From: Candidatus Babeliales bacterium
GTDB taxonomy: Bacteria > Babelota > Babeliae > Babelales > JANWKD01
Assembly: GCA_963701665.1 (NCBI GenBank)
Contig: OY969622.1
Location: 1,273,193-1,337,192, forward strand
Direction of reading: 5' to 3'
DNA length: 64,000 nt
Positions 60,416 to 64,000 of the stretch are shown here, in pieces. The translations under genes and the position numbers were made by a program. A model generated the notes under the pieces. That model was given only the letters and a program-made list of their open reading frames with translations, ran no database searches and was not told the origin of the DNA. Numbering within the stretch: position 1 is the stretch's first letter; each line of letters opens with the position of its first letter.

Positions 60416-60841
60416 CTACCATCCATGTTCTGAATAGGGGATATTTTTTTGAATTTGTTCAATCGCGTGCCGATGGGCGGGCACTATATTGTCAGGCAAT
60501 TGATCGAGTGGAAACCAACGAAGATCATCATATCGTTGATCGTTATAAACATACACTTCAAGAGTGAGCCATTCGCGAGCGTTAAAAACGACCGTAAAAA
60601 ATTCTGGATCATTGCATTTACGATACATAACATGTAAAAACTCTAAATTTTGCGGCTTAATCACCATATTAAGGAGGTCGAGCGTTTCACGTACAACGGT
60701 AGCGCGCGCCGTTTCCCCTCGTTTAATTTCTCCGCCCGGCAATGCATAACACCCGTTACAAAATGGGGTATTTATTCTGCGCATAAGCAGCACTTCATTG
60801 TTGGCATTTAATAAAAGAAGTAAAGCAAAGTTAGCAAACAT
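60416..60841 (-). CDS. NUDIX hydrolase
   Basis: VLLMRR..LPGGEIKRGETARATVVRET (degenerate Nudix box), WFPLDQLP. Confidence 0.82.
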   Translation of the reverse strand: MFANFALLLLLNANNEVLLMRRINTPFCNGCYALPGGEIKRGETARATVVRETLDLLNMVIKPQNLEFLHVMYRKCNDPEFFTVVFNAREWLTLEVYVYNDQRYDDLRWFPLDQLPDNIVPAHRHAIEQIQKNIPYSEHGW

Positions 60842-61632
60842 TATTTTTGTCTCTCCAATTCTTCTTCGATTATTTCTTTTATATGCGTAAATTTCTCATA
60901 ATGTTCTTTATGACGTGGACACAAAAAGTTATGTAAAAAGGCATAGGGATATCTCAATGAACAAACACTCAATGTTCCCAACATAACTTCTACGGGCATT
61001 ACAAATTGTTCCTTGTAGTTTAAAAGTTCAACTAGTCTCTCATGCGAACTGTTAACATATTCAGAATCTTGCGGCATAACAGGATTTTTTGTACGTAAAC
61101 CTATAAAAGTAACCATGTTACCGCATGAAAATCCATGAGATTTTTGAATAGAAATGCCGCGCCTTGCAAGGTCATCTTTAATTCGTTCATATTCTTCATT
61201 TGAGCCCTTATGCCATTTTTCATAAACCTTATAAGTAAGCGCAAAACCGGCAATACTCAGTGCTGTGGCTGCCAATCCACAACCAAGCATAAAATAATCT
61301 CGTTCATTGTTAATTCTTTCCTGATGATATGCAATTGAAGGTTCAAGCCCTTTCTTGACTCCACGCAAAATCGTATTCATATGGCGACTACCACCAAGAA
61401 GTTTAAGATCCCTTAATGCATTTTTTGTTTCAGCATCATTTAATCTTAAAACATTTATATTGACGTAAGACTGAAAAAGATTAGTTAATTTTTGTTGATC
61501 ATATTGGTCATTATTGCGGGCGTTTTTGACATAATAATCGAAAAAACTCTGTGTTGATGGCCTTGCAGCACAAAAAATATGCGCTGTTACTACTAACAAT
61601 AATCCCAAATGCACATACCAAATATATTTCAT
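60841..61632 (-). CDS. Secreted/membrane hypothetical protein
   Basis: Signal peptide and internal hydrophobic helix; stop overlaps the NUDIX start. Confidence 0.6.
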   Translation of the reverse strand: MKYIWYVHLGLLLVVTAHIFCAARPSTQSFFDYYVKNARNNDQYDQQKLTNLFQSYVNINVLRLNDAETKNALRDLKLLGGSRHMNTILRGVKKGLEPSIAYHQERINNERDYFMLGCGLAATALSIAGFALTYKVYEKWHKGSNEEYERIKDDLARRGISIQKSHGFSCGNMVTFIGLRTKNPVMPQDSEYVNSSHERLVELLNYKEQFVMPVEVMLGTLSVCSLRYPYAFLHNFLCPRHKEHYEKFTHIKEIIEEELERQK

Positions 61633-61943
61633 AATAATGTTACTCTTTTTCAGGTTGGAACTAAAAATATCTTTTAATAATCTAATACTAACTAAAAATT
61701 AAAAAATACTGAACTTTCTCAATGAATAACAAACTTCTTGCATCAATATTTATATTTGCTATAATTATTGATTGTGCATGCTTTTCGTTATTAGGATATC
61801 CTTAAAGTCCGCACGGCTGTTTTGTATCTTTTTATGATACAAAGGGATAGTTCTATACTCTTTTTTATTACTTCTCTTTTTCTATCATACAAAGATCAAC
61901 GCTCTCGTTAGTTTTTAGTTTTTTTATTGAGGAGTTCATCTGT

Positions 61944-63338
61944 ATGATTTCATTACTTCAGACAATCTGTAAACCTTTATTTGGCACCTTTGAGCGTGAA
62001 GAATTTAAGAAATTTTTGCGCATGGGTCTGACCTTCACTTGCATTATTGGTTCATATTGGACGTTGCGCACGTTAAAAAATGCGTTATTTTGCAGCCTCG
62101 TTGGCGGTGCTTATTTACCTCTAGCTAAAACGGCATCCATCATTTGTTTAGTGCCACTCGTCATGCTCTATACAAAATTACTCGATATGTTTTCACGCGA
62201 AAAAATGTTTTACATGCTTTCAGCAGCATACGCTATTATCACGGTACTTTTTGCAGTTTTGTTTATAAGTCCTATCGGCATCGGAACCTCAGCTGACATC
62301 TGCGCACGCAGTGGTATACTATTTTATGCAACACAAACCTTAGCATTTTTATGGTATGTGTTTGTTGAAAGCTACGGCTCATTAATTATCGCACTCTTTT
62401 GGGCCATAGCATCAGATATTACGTTGCCTGATTCAGCAAAAAAAGGATTCTCACTCGTTGTTGCTATTGGACAAATTGGCGGTATCGCGGGGCCATTCTT
62501 ATTGACACGCTTGCCGCGTTTCTTGGGTTTTGCAACGAGCGCCATTTCCGTTTTTGCATGTGCATTTTTCATTGTTGGATCAATCCTACTTTTAAAGAAT
62601 TTCTTTAGTGCAACCCCACAAAATCTTTTACAATCATTCCATGGAAAAAATGAAGCACAAGAAAAAGGTGAACAAGAACCAGGATTTTTTGAAGGTCTAA
62701 AATTATTAGTCAAACATGGTTACTTGCTTGGCATTTTTGCGGTGCTTTTCTTTTTTGAAGTCATCGTCACCGTGTTTGATTTTCACTTTCAAACGCTCGC
62801 AGCCACGCACTACACCGGCACTGCACTCGCTGAATTTCAAGGTCTTTATGGCACCCTCGTTAACGTAGTAACACTCGTATGCCTTTTATGCGGCATTGGC
62901 AACATCACGCGTTTACTCGGCGTTGGTGTTTCTTTAGCGCTCGTTCCTCTTATTTTTGGCCTCGCAGTTTTTGGCTTCACATCGTTTAATAGTCTTATGT
63001 TCTTGCTTGCTTTAATGGTCAGCTCAAAAGCAATTAACTATGCATTAAATGGCCCTGCATTAAAACAACTTTACATTCCAACAACGCACGACGTTCGCTT
63101 CAAGTCACAGGCATGGATCGAAACATTTGGTTCACGCGCCTCAAAAGAAGCGGGCTCATTATTTAACTTGCTTTTACTACCATTGCAAAAAAGCTTGGGC
63201 GAAATTGCTGGCAGAGCGCGCCATGTTGTGCTCAGTTCTTATTTAGGATTTATACTTGTAGCTGCATGGTTTTTAATTGCGCTCTATTTAGGAAGAACCT
63301 ATAAGAAAGCAATTGATAATGATAAAGTTGTTTGTTAA
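61944..63338 (+). CDS. NTT/TLC-family nucleotide transporter (ATP/ADP translocase-like)
   Basis: YWTLRTLKN, FVESYGSLIIALFW, KAINYALNGP..QLYIPT..RFKSQAWIETFGSR; many TM helices; GAGGAG RBS. Confidence 0.88.
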   Translation: MISLLQTICKPLFGTFEREEFKKFLRMGLTFTCIIGSYWTLRTLKNALFCSLVGGAYLPLAKTASIICLVPLVMLYTKLLDMFSREKMFYMLSAAYAIITVLFAVLFISPIGIGTSADICARSGILFYATQTLAFLWYVFVESYGSLIIALFWAIASDITLPDSAKKGFSLVVAIGQIGGIAGPFLLTRLPRFLGFATSAISVFACAFFIVGSILLLKNFFSATPQNLLQSFHGKNEAQEKGEQEPGFFEGLKLLVKHGYLLGIFAVLFFFEVIVTVFDFHFQTLAATHYTGTALAEFQGLYGTLVNVVTLVCLLCGIGNITRLLGVGVSLALVPLIFGLAVFGFTSFNSLMFLLALMVSSKAINYALNGPALKQLYIPTTHDVRFKSQAWIETFGSRASKEAGSLFNLLLLPLQKSLGEIAGRARHVVLSSYLGFILVAAWFLIALYLGRTYKKAIDNDKVVC

Positions 63339-63380
63339 TAAACGCGAGTTCGATGTAAATTTTGCAATAAACATAGAAAT

Positions 63381-63538
63381 GTCTTCACGACCCTACTTCG
63401 CTCTATGAGCTTCGAAGGGCTGTGGGGACATGTTCTTCGAAGTTTTTAACGAAGGAGAAGCCAGAACTTTAATTAATTCCTTAAAGGAACTGATTTTATT
63501 GGCTGGATTGCCACACCTACTTCGGGCAAAGCCCTCCT
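63381..63538. repeat. Palindromic element copy 9 (reverse orientation, nested modules, degenerate end)
   Basis: GTCTTCACGA[CCCTACTTCGCTCTATGAGCTTCGAAGGG]..CCAGAACTTTAATTAATTCCTTAAAGG..CTGGATTGCCAC. Confidence 0.8.
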
Positions 63539-63545
63539 TAAATCT

Positions 63546-63989
63546 TTATTTGACATGAGAGTAATTAAAGCTTGGTGAGTCCCCACCACTGGCTCTAAAC
63601 TCCGCATAAAAACTATTCATATCACTCACTTTGCTATAATTAAAAGAAGGTGAATCTGTTCCGCCGGAAGCTTTAAATTCCGCCCAAAAACTATTAAAAT
63701 CATGTACCTTGCTGTGATTAAAACCAGGCCCGCCGCAACCACTGGCTCTCCACTCAGCGTAAAAACTAGTAAAGAGTGTAGAAGGCGATGGTTTCGGTTT
63801 TTTGACGACAGCTTTCTTTGACAGTCCTGCATAAATTGGTCCAGGAGCTGGCTTTGGTTTTGGTTTGACAACGGCTCTACGTACGAGGGTTTGTTTAGCT
63901 CGTCTTACAGGAGCAGCTTTTTTCTTTTGCATTGCGCTTAACTGAAAATTCGCACATAAAACAACTATCACAAATAATTTTTTATACAT
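63546..63989 (-). CDS. Secreted basic protein with three ~25-aa C-terminal repeats
   Basis: ...LSA|MQKKK; three copies of SF[YW]AE[WF][RK]ASG..P.FN.S.V. Confidence 0.7.
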   Translation of the reverse strand: MYKKLFVIVVLCANFQLSAMQKKKAAPVRRAKQTLVRRAVVKPKPKPAPGPIYAGLSKKAVVKKPKPSPSTLFTSFYAEWRASGCGGPGFNHSKVHDFNSFWAEFKASGGTDSPSFNYSKVSDMNSFYAEFRASGGDSPSFNYSHVK

Positions 63990-64000
63990 TATTAACTACT

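Overview
AT-rich bacterial chromosome segment from a host-associated (probably protist-infecting) organism. Ankyrin/LRR/WD-like secreted proteins, an NTT (ATP/ADP translocase-family) carrier, ThyX and scrambled housekeeping gene order suggest Candidatus Dependentiae/Babeliales (TM6); this is inference only. Housekeeping genes: ligD-type ligase (partial), priA, polA, thyX, rpmA, secF, rho, tsaD, glyA, tsaB, bamA, cysS, tpiA, secG, mlaE/F. Most notable: (1) about 11 secreted proteins have a Met immediately after the predicted signal-peptide cleavage site, and several carry eukaryote-style sorting signals (CaaX box, mitochondrial-presequence-like segment, NLS-like tracts); a neighbouring secreted protein without the Met has a palmitoylation-like Cys cluster. 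Together these suggest an effector-export convention. (2) A 15-kb surface-fibre locus: two Cys-Cys coiled-coil/beta-helix paralogs and a 3216-aa modular fibre (A6-B-C-C-B-A5-C1q), all with a [KR][SA]PRP motif. (3) Nine copies of a four-stem palindromic repeat with covarying hairpins; one is interrupted by a complete IS481-family element and others host nested hairpin modules. (4) A candidate leader-peptide attenuator upstream of an ABC-2 exporter. No rRNA, tRNA or CRISPR array was seen.
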